From Girardia tigrina (taxonomy: Eukaryota), in assembly GCA_001938485.1 (NCBI GenBank), contig MQRK01245013.1, positions 1 to 62,594 of the forward strand: DNA of 62,594 nt, given 5' to 3'. Made by a program: the position numbers and the translations under genes. The notes beneath the pieces were generated by a model. That model saw only the letters and a list, made by a program, of their open reading frames with translations, did not search any database and was not told the DNA's origin. Of the stretch, positions 1 through 13,059 are shown piece by piece (the stretch's first letter is position 1; each line of letters begins with the position of its first letter).

Positions 1-853
1 ATGCCTCAGAGTGGACACTCATTGGCTCTTCGGAGACAATTACAGTGTTGAGGAGTTTAAAAGAGACATTCAGCTGGAGAACCTGTCAACAACGGATGCG
101 AAGATGGAGAAGATCTACACACTCAAGAAGATCAGCAGGAGCGGAGACGAGAAGACACTAAGACTAGTGTTGCCCCGTCTAAAAGAGCACAGTTGCCCGA
201 TGGATGCCTGTTACAAGCAGTATGCAGAGGTGAAGGAGCTAAACAGGCATCTCAGAAGAGACCATGAAGGAGCAGATCCCATCCCGAGGAAACAGAGAGA
301 AAAGAAAGCCCAGCCGCGACAGAAAAAAGGAGTCTACAAATGCCTGCAGTGTCCCAAAGAATACAAAACTGCAGGTTTCCTGAAAATCCATATCCAGAAG
401 AATCACAGAGAAGAGTCGGAACAACCAAACGCCCAGCAAGAAGATAATTTGGTCATCGTGAGAGAGGAAGAGCCGACAACAATTCAATCCAACCCCCAGT
501 TACCGGAAGCAACTATGGGCACGCCGAGGATCCAGACAGAAGACAACACTACATACACTCGTGAAGAATTGCTGCACCAACAATACCGATTGCCAGCCAA
601 TTATGCAAAAGCAAAAGGACATTTCCAGTGCCCATTCAGAGGATGTTACGCGTCCACCGTAACCGCCAAAGGTATGTATGGCCATGGCACCAAATTCCAT
701 GGCTAGTCTTTTGCAACTGGAAAACCGATCGCTCGCAGGCAGAAGGACACTGACCCCGTAGGAGGCCTATCGGGGGGCCCTTAAGGACTTTAGTTTGGGT
801 GGACCCTCTAAAGAGCCTTTAGGCTCAATACCATTGAAAGAGATGGGAGGCCC
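1..853 (+). mobile_element. 3' end of an RTE-like non-LTR retrotransposon: C-terminal C2H2 zinc-finger coding region (ORF 11-706) plus structured 3' UTR
   Basis: The ORF has C2H2 fingers (CPMDAC..HLRRDH, CLQC..HIQKNH, CPFRGC..HGTKFH). The same 3' end recurs 5'-truncated at 53271-53495 (-) and 22399-22440 (+), and is followed here by an AT-rich tail. Confidence 0.7.
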
Positions 854-878
854 ATTATTTTAAATTATTATTTTAAAT

Positions 879-989
879 GGGATACAAAGTCGCTCGCCTC
901 CCCGTGGTGTATTCTGGGAACTAGAAAGAGGGTATCTTCCCCTTTCTAGAAATAGAAGGGGGTCCTTGATCTAGGTTAAATGAGTGGAC
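879..989 (+). ncRNA. HDV-like ribozyme fold at the 5' end of the LINE (catalytic C apparently lost)
   Basis: P1 GGGATAC/GTATTCT with G-U at position 1, P2 CGCTC/GAGTG, P3 GCC/GGT, L3 TCCCCGT, P1.1 GG, P4 closed by CTAGA/TCTAG. J4/2 reads TTAAAT with no C. Confidence 0.75.
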
Positions 990-2189
990 GGATCGACGGG
1001 GCTAGTAATTCTATCTTCCGCTAGTACACAGCTTTCAAAACTCAAACTAGGGGTCTGGCAGGACCCGAAGTCATTAAGCTCCCGAGAGGGGGATCCCTCG
1101 TTAAGGATTTCACTTGCAGTAGACTGAGGATTGAAACATGAAATGGTAGAGGCTTGACCGATGAAAAGATACTTAACATCGCAAGTATCTTTGAAAAACT
1201 TAAAATTGATATGTATATACTCACAGAGACGCACTGGATTGGAGCCGGTATTACCTCTTTCGGGGAGTGGAGGATCCATCATAGTGGCAGTACGAGTAGC
1301 ACAAGAGAAAGAGGCGTAGACATGATGGTAAAATCTAAAGATTCTATGAATATCGAATTCGAAGCGATCAGCGAGAGAGTTTTCCTCTGTCACATACCCA
1401 AAAGGTCGATCACATTGGTAGGGGTATACGTTCCGACTGACAACAGATACTCAAGTGAGGAAAAGGAGGAGTTTTTTGCATCATTGCAGGAACATGTCGA
1501 AATGGCGACGGCTGAAGCTGAGAAGAGAAAATTCGAATTGATAGTTGCAGGCGACTTCAACTGTCGACTTATTTGGACGGAGGAAAATTGCAAAACAGTT
1601 GGGTGTTACACTAGTTCAACAGTAACATCAGAAAACGGAGGTCTATTAATAGATCCGGCCGATGCGTGCAACTTACGAGTAGAGAACACCTTCTACAAAC
1701 ACAAGTTGGCGCAACGAACTAGCTGGACACACCCAGCAACGAAGAAAAGGCTATTATTGGATTTACTCCTGTCGCAAAAGAGCAGATGCAACAGAATAAG
1801 TAACGTCAAAAGTTATCCAAACTTTGACTGCGGCTCAGACCACGATTTAGTCGTGTTAACGATATGAATCACCAACAACAATAAGATACTCAAGTTGGCA
1901 AACGATAGAAAGAAGAAATGTAAAGGTAAAATTGATAGGTTCTCCTTGCAGAACAACAAAGTGGCCATCAGTAGTGACATAGGGCAGGTTTGTTCGAATG
2001 TCCAGAGTTGTGACGACATGGAAGAGGTCATCTTAAAGACCACGGAAAGATACCGAAAGAATAAAATCCCGCTCAATCAAAGGTGGATACACGGGTGATG
2101 GTACAAGAGCGGGCGCAGCGATTTTGTGGCTGCGGCGCGCAGGCGGCGGGGAGTGAACATCAAGTCGGGGGATAAAAATATTTTAATCT

Positions 2190-2568
2190 CACGTTTTTTC
2201 GATTCAACACTCGGAACGAATTCAAGAACGAAGTAGAGGACGATGCAGATGACAGTGACACACGGCAAGATCAGTCCAAGACTCACGAGAACTTGCACGA
2301 CAATCAACCAATACGGATTGATGTAGATCCACATCCCTTTAATCCAAAAAACGTCGGCATATAACTAAAAGTAACCCGAAAAACGATTGTTTTTTAATTC
2401 ACTGTTCTTCGATGTATTGAATGACGTTAACCAAAACGGGCTCGCAGAACCAATCGCATAGAACCTGAGTGATACAAAAACACAGATTAATGCCCCGATT
2501 AGGAGCATATCCACAACGTCCATAGATTGTTCGGATCTAATCATTTGAAAAAATATGGCGACTTTCAA
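2190..2568 (-). pseudogene. Claudin/PMP22-like tetraspan gene 5' fragment
   Basis: ORFs 2365-2568 and 2077-2334 are in the same frame, split by one stop. Pattern: TM1-ASPFW...GMW...WLIVVQVLVSLGLIL-TM2, typical of invertebrate claudin-like proteins. Confidence 0.55.
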
Positions 2569-2861
2569 TAATTTTTTAAAAGAAACTCAAATCACTAAGG
2601 AAAAAGACATTCGCTCCGTAACAAAATTTCATTTTTTTTTTAAATTCACAAAATTCGATTCGATTTCAATAACAAAAAAATGGCGACTTTCGATTTTCAA
2701 CAAAATCAAATTCGCGCCAAAAAAATCTCCCATGATCGATTTAAACAAATTCGATCGAAAATAATTAATAACATCGAATAAAAAACTGGCCAATCAGAAA
2801 GGCCGAATAAATAAATTTAAAAAACACACACACAAAACGTGACACATGAAACACCACTTGA

Positions 2862-3453
2862 TCAGGCATTCACACCAAAGCTAGAAACCACACTCCACTG
2901 CTCACCAAGACAACCGAGAATCGATTCACTAAACAAAGAAACGAGTTGATGAGTTCGGAACTGATGGAAACTGTCAAAGAGGACATCCGATAAACTGTTG
3001 TATAAATTCGAAATGTACGCCGATATTTTGATGATCATTGCTTTTTCAAAATTACCGATAAATTGCGAATCGTTGCAAGATAAAAGTTTCGAATGAGTCA
3101 CTACTGGTAATGAAATATACAATTCACTGAGATTCTCGTTTTCTTGATTTTGGCGTTTCTTAGCGGCAATACGAGATTTTTCTCGTTTACAACTCTGTCG
3201 TTCTCTTCACCATTTTTTCCACCGCCCTCAAAAATTAACGATTCGAAATTATTATTGGTTTTATTGATATAATTCAATTCGTAAAATGACGAATTTGTCA
3301 AATCGTTCGATAACAGTTTTTGTATAATGAGTTTTTTGTCGATTTGATCACGGCATTGTTGTTAGAATCGGCATATTGGGAAATGTCGTGATCAAAAAAA
3401 TCAAAATCGGCTTCGTTTTCTAAATTTGGTGGATTGTAACTGTAATTTGCCAT
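2862..3453 (-). pseudogene. bHLH (HIF/SIM/NPAS-class-like) transcription factor 5' fragment, frameshifted
   Basis: KREKSRIAAKKRQNQENENLSELYISLP...FEKAMIIKISAYI resembles the HIF/SIM bHLH motif (KEKSRDAARSRR...ELAxxLP...LDKASVMRLTISYL). Confidence 0.6.
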
Positions 3454-6217
3454 TTCAAATTTCCGATAAACATTCGTTTGTTATGTTGCTTTGACAACAA
3501 TCGTTTAAACAAACGACAAAATGAAATTGTTTTTTTATCGCGAAACGGGCACCTAGAAGAACTGAAACCACTACTGCAGGAGAAATGGAAACGGAGGAAG
3601 GAGTACATTCAGAATAGATGTGAAAGGACATATTCAATATGGAAGGCCTCAAGATTGAACACCTTGCGGCATCTGAGGAAGTGGAAAAGAGAGAGGATTG
3701 AAACAATCGGACAAGAGATAGAAGGTATTCTCAATAGAGAATGTATGGGCAAGACTTCTGAGTTATACACGGAACTCGGAGTCCTCTGCAATAGTGAAAC
3801 AAAGGAATCCTCTCTATGTACTTTGCAGAGCAGTGTGAAGGACGAAGTGTCAGCAGAGCACTTCTCACATCTATCCAAGAAGAGCGAAAGAGATTATATC
3901 GTGGATATCGAACAGAGCCAAACACTAGACATCGATTACTCACCGGACATAGGAGAAGTAAGTACCGCTATTGGGTAACTGAAGAACGGTACAGCTGCTG
4001 GAAACAACGGTATCATTCCAGAGCTATATAAGTGGGGCGGTCTCCAGTTAACTGAAAAGATCCTGCAATGCTTCGTGAACATATGGAGGGAAGAGCAGAA
4101 TTCCCGGAGGCTTGGAAAACGGCGAAGGTCGTGATCCTATACAAAGGAAAGCGGTCCAAGAAGGAACTAAACAATTATAGAGGAATATTCCTACTTGATG
4201 TAGGAGGAAAGATCATGGCCCGAATCATTGCAAATAGATTAATGCCACATTTTGAAAGGATACTGGATTGGTTTTAGACCAAAAAGAAGCACGGTGCACG
4301 CAATAGGTATCATATGAAAGATACAAGAAGAAGCCAGATACCGGAATATAAATGTTTTTGCTATCTTTATCTACCTTGAAAATGCATTCGACAGCGTACC
4401 CTGGAAAGTTCTCTGGGACTGCCTTCAAGGAATTGGAATACAGGATCAGATGCTGAGCATTATCATGAAGTTTCATGAAGGTTTCACGGGCAGCATAGGA
4501 AAGGATAAGTTCAGAATGGACAAAAGAGTCCGCCAAGGTTGCGTATTAGGACCTCTATTATTCAATCTTGTCTTTGATCATGCAATTAAGACCGCAATCA
4601 AAAAGGGACTATCAGGCGGTGTGAAACTGAACTACAATGGGGAAGAGCTGACCGTGAACAGGCTTGCTTATGATGACGACCTGTGCTTATTGGACGAGGA
4701 CTTTGGAAACATCGAAAGAAATCTCACGTGTCTCAACACTGCGTTCTCGAATATGGAGCTCAAAATCAACATTGGGAAAACGAAGATCCTGAATCTCAAT
4801 GGAGCAAAATACATTACGGCAAGGGACGAGTTGAATGCCGGAATTGAATGGGTGGACGAATTCTGCTACCTGAGATCTTTTTTGAAGTCAGCATTATTAA
4901 TTATCAGGATAAGAATGATTAGGAAACTTGAAATTCAATATTTATAAATTTTATAGTAATAATTGAATTTAATGTTAAATGTTAAATTATTCGAGATTAA
5001 ATTTAAGTGTATTTAATTTAAGTTAATATAATTTATTAGGTATTTTTAAATTATAGTATAGTAAATTATTAGCATTTATAATATTATATGGGTTTACAAA
5101 CTGATATCCTCACAAGAAAATATTTATAAATTTATAAACTTTCATTTTGTGTGTTAATAAAAAAAATGTTTGTTTAAATATTTATAAATTTGAAATTGAG
5201 TGTGTAAAACCGTATATCAATAAAGAACTATATTTTTCAAAAGGAATTAAATTTTTGATGTCTGAAGAACCTAACACAACCATCACCCTAAACTGAAAAT
5301 TCAATTCAGATCATAAGAAAAGTACCTTTCAAAATCAAAATATTTGCAGATATATTAACTATCACAAAACAGTTTCTTTATATGATGTCATTGGTGGCAA
5401 AAATTAGTTCCGCATTGTATTTCAGGACAGATCACTTAATGATAATTGAGTTGTAGTTTTAACTTTGTAAGAACATTAATTCTACTTGCTCCTACATCTT
5501 TATGGATGATAGAATAAGTTAGTAAAAAATTTATCAAGTCAAATAATTTATTTAGAAAATTTCATATAATTTCAAAAATTAAAAACACAAACTAAATTCA
5601 AAAATCTCAAAACTACATAAAATTTATTAGAAAAAGGATAATTTAAAATTACAAAAAATAAAGTATTTCTCATTCAAATTTTTTCAAAATTAAAAATTTA
5701 ATATAATATCACAAAAAATTGACGTATATTCAATTTAAATATTAGCATAAAAGTATAAAAAGTATTTTAAAACACTAAAAATGAATAATTCAAAAAAATT
5801 AAATAAATGTTTCATTTAATTCCACACAAAGAAATATAAATGCATATAAAAATATTAGTTTAAAAGAATTAGGAGTAGTACAATTACAATAATTTTATAA
5901 AATTTTAAAATAAAGATAAAGGTTTGGTGAAATGACTATCGATTTTTTAAGAATAAACAAAAATATCAATCAAAAAAAGGTTTTAAAGAAAAGGAGATGA
6001 AAATTTGTTTAAATTTATGTGTGATACCATTAAAAAATTGTGGCGATCACGACCTCAAGTTCTAATATTGAAGATAGCATAAACGCAACTAACAATCGTT
6101 ATCATTATTACTACTATGAAATGAAACATTATCCGATTGCGGAATCAGTATGGTATTTGTCTTGAAAGGAGGAAAGTCACAAAGATTGTATTATCTCTGA
6201 CTGATAATGTACATTTA

Positions 6218-7506
6218 TTAGGTGTACAAGTATGAAATGCGGATTAAATTTTGAAAAGAAATACGTTAAAAACAAAAGAACGATTAAAAAAGCTTTATTC
6301 AAATATGCTCCATTACTAATGATACATTTGTCCTATCTATATCTCAAATTGTGGATACCTCGCCAGTAAAAGTCTTCCTTTTTTTCCATGAACCATTCAT
6401 TGACCCATTTTTGCACATTTTCGTAAGAATCAAAGCGCTGCTGAGCAAGTGCGTGACCCATCGATGCAAACAAATTGTAATCTGAAGGAGCCAAGTCTGG
6501 TGAAAAAGCCGCATGATGTAAAACTTCCCAATTCATTTCCTCCAACATGGCGCGAACCGGTTTTGATGTATGTGACGAAGCGTTGTCATGAAGAAGAATA
6601 ACCTTGTGTTACCTTTTGAGGTATTCAGGTCTTTTTTGAAGCAGCGAACGGTTTAAATCGAGCAACTGTTGTTTGTAACGTAAAGTATTCATCGTTTCAC
6701 CGGGTTTTAATAGTTCATAATAAATTACACCCTTCTGGTCCCACCAAACGCAGAGCATTGTCTTTCTGCCAAAGCGATTTGGTCTGGCTGTCGATGTGGA
6801 TGNNNNNNNNNNNNNNNNNNNNNNNNNNNNNNNNNNNNNNNNNNNNNNNNNNNNNNNNNNNNNNNNNNNNNNNNNNNNNNNNNNNNNNNNNNNNNNNNNN
6901 NNNNNNNNNNNNNNNNNNNNNNNNNNNNNNNNNNNNNNNNNNCTCTCCATCTGCCTATCGTTCAATTGATATGGTACCCATCGGCCAATCTTATGAATCT
7001 TTCCCATCTGCCTGAGGCGATTGCTAACAGCTTGTTGAGTAACACTTAATTGCTCTGCCAGCTGGTTTTGTGTTTGTGAATCATCTTCGTCCAACAAAGC
7101 TTGCAATTCCACATCTTCGAAACCTTTTCGTGGTTTCCCATGGTCCTTATCTGCAACATCAAAGTCACCACCATGGAAGCGNNNNNNNNNNNNNNNNNNN
7201 NNNNNNNNNNNNNNNNNNNNNNNNNNNNNNNNNNNNNNNNNNNNNNNNNNNNNNNNNNNNNNNNNNNNNNNNNNNNNNNNNNNNNNNNNNNNNNNNNNNN
7301 NNNNNNNNNNNNNNNNNNNNNNNNNNNNNNNNNNNNNNNNNNNNNNNNNNNNNNNNNNNNNNNNNNNNNNNTATCAATTTATGAGTTACGTATGAGACAC
7401 TACATAATTACTCAATATTATGACATCATTGCTTAACCATTGACCTACTTTTTGCATTGTGCACAATCCGTTTTCTGAAATCCGCATTTCCTACTTGTAC
7501 ACCTAA
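6218..7506 (-). mobile_element. mariner DNA transposon, ~1.29 kb, defective
   Basis: TIRs TTAGGTGTACAAGTATGAAATGCGGATT with TA TSD. Transposase motifs [21 protein letters not shown] and FSPDLAPSDY. Confidence 0.95.
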
Positions 7507-8524
7507 TAGATATTTTGTTTAATAAAATTGGTGGATATCTTTGTATTTAAAGAATAAAAATTTAAATACACAACTTTTTGTTTGCATTTTAAGAGACAGT
7601 GATGGAATCGGAAAATTCTATAGATACAAGCAAAGTGAAATGCTTTATAAATAGATTGATTCAGAGGAATCTGGTAGTTATTCTAGTTCAATAGAAAATT
7701 GACTGTCTAACCTAATGACAAATAATTGTGACTAAAATATATAAATAATATTCAAATGTAAACAAATCCGACCCACCAAACAAGGAAGGGGGCGGTCGAC
7801 ACACAACCATATTCCAATGATGGTTAAGAGAGTAGATAGAGTAAAGTTTAGAGAATAGTAATTCTTTATTAATCAATTATATTGGCGTAAACATTTCGAG
7901 TTCTGGCTCGAAAACTAATTTCCAAAAGTCCATCAACAGATGACTCGGTATCTCTTACTTAATGGAACTATGAATAAACTCTATCAATATTTACCTTTAT
8001 CTTAAGATTCCATCTTATGACGCATTTGTCATTTATTTGACTGCTGTTCAGTTTACTAAGTCCATGCATTGTTTTAGTTAGCGATCGGGGATAATGGTTT
8101 GAAGAGGATGTACAGGGAATAGTTCCAAATCCTTCGAGTAGACCATCATACGAACCCATAAACCATCTTCCAAGTCACCCTGTTGTACATACCTGTGTGA
8201 CGCAGTTATAATATTCTAATGTCATCTCGATGAATAAATGATTCTAAACCACGTCAAAAGTAATGCAAATAGGATCAAATCGTACGGAACAAACTAAAAG
8301 TATCAAAATATAGATTCTGCAGTTATACAGTTCAAATATGTTGGGATAATTGAAGGAATTCTCGGTCACGATGGCGCAGAAGGATATGAAAAACAGTTAT
8401 TAGTAATCTTAGATAAAATTATTATAAAAATTCAAAAAACAATAAAAATAACCTTGAAAAAAACATGCGATTGATCAAAGGTCAATTAATCATAACATAG
8501 ATAAATAAATATAAGCAGACTCAC

Positions 8525-8607
8525 CCGTCGAAAAGACAACCAGATAATAAGAGAAGGTATTCTTGAAGTCGACCAAGTCCTCCATCATCTCGGGATAGTA
8601 GTAGAAA
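8525..8607 (-). CDS. TLC-domain protein (TLCD1/2-like), exon 2
   Basis: cag|...|gtgagt splice sites. Encodes (C)FYYYPEMMEDLVDFKNTFSYYLVVFSTG and is in phase with exon 1, which ends in TG. Confidence 0.85.
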
Positions 8608-9399
8608 CTGAATGAAAGAATAATCCCATGAAGGACACGTCATAAATATACTATTTATATACAAACGAAATACAGATCAAAAACAAAACATACCAAACAT
8701 GAAACCAATCAATTTAATAATGAATTTCAAAGTTATTTTAACAATATTACTTTTTTGATCTTCTTTGAAGATCATCAAGATGTTGACCTAAATAAATATC
8801 AGGAAAATATTTTTGAGCCGCCAGTTAAAATAATTAAAATAAATCTTACAAAATACTCAAAATGTACCATGTATACCATGAGAATGACATAAATGTCCGA
8901 CTGCGGAAACTGAGTTCGCATGTACAACGCCTAGGGTAGACAGTCTTTGTGCTAAAGGAAGTAAGCTCTTAATGATAATCAAAGAGAATTTACTAGCCTT
9001 TCATAACTGAATATGATTGTCAATAAAATAATTTTTAATTTTGCTTAAAAACAATAAAAATCGCTACCGAACCATACAAAACATAAATGAGATCCCCATT
9101 TCATGGGATAAGAGCACTGGCAAAATGATTATTAAGACATTGGCTATCATTACAATTAGTCATACCCTATTTGACTCTCAGAAGATCCTTCACCATTTGT
9201 CATCATTCTAATTAGTGCTATTTCTCGATTTTGATTATTCGAACAAATTTCTTCATTTTTCAATAACATTTATTATTTTTTTTAATTTTAAAATATTTAG
9301 ATAAGTTATTAAATTAATCTATTTTGAGCTTTTAACTTGAAAATTATTCCATTAAGTTAGCTAAAAAGTTTTATTACACCATAGAAAAATATTTTATTG

Positions 9400-9940
9400 C
9401 AAGATATTATTTACAAAATAAAAACTATTCAACAAAGTACAGGTCATCATTGTCCAAACCATTTTCCATCGATATACTAGTTAACAGATCTGCTCGAAGT
9501 AATATTCTGGCTTCTTTGAATCAAAGAACAGGTGGCATGCTTCATGGACTTTGTCAATTGACTGGAATTTGCAACCCTTCGTGAAATGCTGCATTGAACG
9601 GAAGAGACCATAATCAGATCGGGCACAGTATGGACTATAGTGTGGATGATGCAGAATTTCGACTCCATCCATTTCTTGGAATTAGTCCTTGATCTTTTTG
9701 ACTGTGTCCGGCTTAGCATTGCCTTGCTGCATCAAGACACACTTTCGGTTGATAAGAGCCGGATACTTAGACTTTAACTTGTTATAAACACGTTTTAGTT
9801 GTTGGCAATACAGTTCGGATGTGATGGTGTGATCATTCGGAACCAATTCGAAATATACAATTCCTTCAAAATTCCACCAGAAGCAATTGATGATCTTCTT
9901 GGCGAATCGAATGTGTTTAGTAAATGATGGCATTTGGTCA
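9400..9940 (-). mobile_element. Degenerate mariner transposase fragment (second family)
   Basis: CFWWNFEGIVYFEL, QQGNAKP, HHPHYSPYCARSDYGLF. Confidence 0.85.
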
Positions 9941-10530
9941 ATTTCCCTCTTGTATTTTGTTTTGTACCAACTAATAATAAATAATGTACAAAATATAAAA
10001 TCTATAAAAAAATCTTTCAAAAATATTAATTAGCATTACATTATGCAAGTGTATTAGTGTATTTGCAACTAAATGAACGGTGTATCAGAACTTCTTGACC
10101 AAATTGGTGATATCCCTGTGTGATAAAATATTGACCGTTAACTCGCCCAAGATATTTGATGTTTAACTAATTTCACATTTTATGTTCGAGTTTTAGTTGT
10201 TTTATTTTTTACTTCATTTTTTCACCCCAAATTTTATTTTAATGCAAGAAGTTGATGGTCGATTTGATTGCAAGCCTTTTTAATATCTTCTACAATTAAT
10301 TAATTTAATTTTAAATGGGGCGAAATGCTTTTGCGATAAAATTTTGTAACTATTTCATTATTTTAAAATCTAAAATTGAATTATAATTTTTCACTATTTC
10401 TATTTGTTTTATAAAAAAGCACATCCGTAATAACTTCTTTTATATTTGAATATCATCCAAACGAATTCTTTAAAATAATCATTCTTCAAATTCTTTATTT
10501 ATTTTGTTAATTATTAATTATCGACTAAAA

Positions 10531-10830
10531 ATGTAATGGTATAATAACACAAACGCGGTAAGTGACAACCACCCTGTAGAATGAAGCAGCTGAGTAGCAC
10601 ATCTTCTCGAGCATCATCTGGCACACCTAGCACATCTTCTAGCACACCTAGCACACCTAGCACATCTTGTAGCACACCTAGCGTGTCTTCTAACACATCT
10701 ACTCGCACATCACACAGAAACATTGAGTACAGCTCACTCAATTCACATTACTTTATAAATATAGAAGTGCGTGCATTCAATTTAGCTGTAGTTTTGCTTT
10801 AGCTTTGCTCTACACCGTATGACACCACAA
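10531..10830 (+). repeat. Possible short LTR remnant with internal CACACCTAG/CACATCTT tandem repeats
   Basis: TGTAAT...ACCACA followed by a PBS-like TGGCG, with an imperfect tandem array at about 10595-10710. Confidence 0.35.
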
Positions 10831-11329
10831 AGTGGCGTGATTTGAATTTGTTTACTTTTCTAATTGTGGAATTAAAACTTACATTGCTAAGTCGGCCCAA
10901 AAATATATTTCGATTTTATGTAACAGATGATGACCTAGAGAGGGGCTATTGAGCATTATTATTAAATGTTATATTTATTTTTTAATAAAAATGTTAAATG
11001 TATAACCTAGATAAATGATTTTTATTGTAAAACAATTAAGATCGAAAAAATCAATAAAATGTATCACAAATTATCATTTGAAAACAAATAAATATAAATT
11101 AAATCAAAAATTAATTTTGCAATACTTTAATTAATTTCTATTTATTTTATATTTCTTTATTTATGAGTAAATTTTAGACTGCTAATTGTATACTGTAAAT
11201 AATTTATTTCTAATCCGGTGAACATTGGACGGATATTATTCGAATTAATAATTCTTAAAGCACTTTTCTTAAATAATACTATTATAGAACATTTTAAAAT
11301 AATATAATAATAAAAAATAGAGATAAGTT

Positions 11330-12410
11330 GCAAGCTTGTTTACAAAGTAGCCATCGATGAAACTATGCAACTCGCTACACGGTCATGGGAAAGAGGGCAC
11401 AGCTTGAGAACCAGAAGCATATTCGTGCAGATGATTCGTCTGAAATGCTGATGTTTTGTTTCGCTTCGGAGAGAAAGACCGTGTTGTGATGGGCTCTCCA
11501 TTCCAGTGTCAGTTGATTCAATCTTCATGATGTTCATTGAAGGAATGTGCACAAGTATAATGGAGGACAACCATTTGTTTATAGATGTGTGTACACGATA
11601 TTCTTGGATTTCAAAGATAGATTTTACATAGAACCCTTTTTAAATTTCTTGAAAGCCATTCATCAAAATATCAATGGAGAATAATAACGATCTTCTATTC
11701 CTGGACCTTCTTGTAAAAAGATTAAATATTGGATATGAAACAGAATGGTGTAAAAATCGAAGAGACGCAGGACTTTATACACGCAAAATGTTATTGTAAA
11801 GAAAATTACTAAGATTGTATGATAAAAGGGCTAGTCCATAGAATTTTGATTCTTTTTTCTAACTATATCTAAATGTGTGGATATTCTCAGCAAGTATTCG
11901 TCTAATGTAGAATGGAATCCACACTCGAAAGATCAAACAGAATAAGGGCGAGCATTCTTAAGTCATAAAAGTAACCTTTTCCTAACTTTCATATCAATTT
12001 TAATGCTACGGAATATCATAACTCGCTGTCACTGGAAAAAAAATCTTCATTATACTTAACGGATTAGAATACATTCACAGCCCAGGCAATCAAATAAGGT
12101 TTTACATTATTGCGGTTTCAGCAAGCATGAAATCTTATTCATTTAAAAGGATGACTTCCTATTCTTCAAACTATTTATGATTCACTTTTTAAGGTGGTTT
12201 TTGTGAATCAATGTTAATCATTCAATATAACCAGTGCTATTGATTCACATCCAAAAATGGGAATAGTAAAGCTGTACCAATATTACTTTGGTCTTACAAA
12301 ATCAAACTGAAATATAAAACTTTATACTCGTATTTTTGTTACCATTTACCAAAAAAAATATTTGTTTTTATTTATATCTCGTGATGATGAATGTAGGTTG
12401 AAAAATGTTT
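11330..12410 (+). mobile_element. Highly degenerate Penelope-like element fragment
   Basis: RT C-terminal motif LFLDLLVKR..GYETEW, and a 3' region similar to other PLE ends in the window (CATCCAAAxATGGGAA, also near 18520). Confidence 0.6.
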
Positions 12411-13008
12411 TATAATTGTTAGATTCGAAATCATTAACTGAAGTCACAACACGTAAAAATATATTTCTATAACAATAACGATTTTTAAAACAATTTTTCG
12501 AGAAACTATATTCTTATTTTGTGAAAATCAGAAATAAATAAGTATAAATATAAATATGATTTTATAATCGTCATAAATTTATCTAAACATTTTTTTATTA
12601 AAATCTTATCGTAAATTATTAAATTAAAATGCTTAATATTTTAATTAAAACCTTACTGCAACTTATTAATTTTAAATTCTCATTTCTTATGAAAACGTTA
12701 TTTTACGTTAGTATGAATAGCTCAATTCTTGATCACATTAAAAATGCAGAAATAAAGTTAACTATAAAACTGAATTTACAGTTTTGAAGAAAAGTTTTGA
12801 CACATCAAGAGAGGACAGTCACTGAGGCATAATTAATTATCCAATCATATTAAAATTTTTTAATATTAAAAAAAGATTAATTATGCAATAGTCAATGTGC
12901 CATATAAATGATGTGTAATCCGAAATTACTTCGCAACTGAGGATGCAGTAATGGCGAAACATGTTTTGCACAATAAAAACTATTAAAATGACATTTTTTC
13001 TTTATTGT

Positions 13009-13059
<51 letters not shown>

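Larger units (their letters stand above)
879..4880 (+). mobile_element. Degenerate RTE-clade LINE (APE endonuclease + reverse transcriptase), interrupted at 2096-3544
   Basis: APE motifs LTETHW, VAGDFN and GSDHDLV (1154-1867). RT motifs NYRGIFLLDVGGK, VRQGCVLGPLLFNL, AYDDDL and VDEFCYL, with stops and frameshifts. Confidence 0.92.

Noticed and set aside
2099-2110. TGGTACAAGAGC as a tRNA-Met primer-binding site
   Set aside because: It has mismatches to the canonical PBS, is not conserved in motif copies B and C, and has no LTR upstream.
10514-10802. Low-complexity ORFs on both strands
   Set aside because: Products of a short tandem repeat.
10921-10955. Hammerhead-like CAGATGATGACC, and a similar remnant at 12380-12410
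   Set aside because: The core and stems are too degenerate to call.
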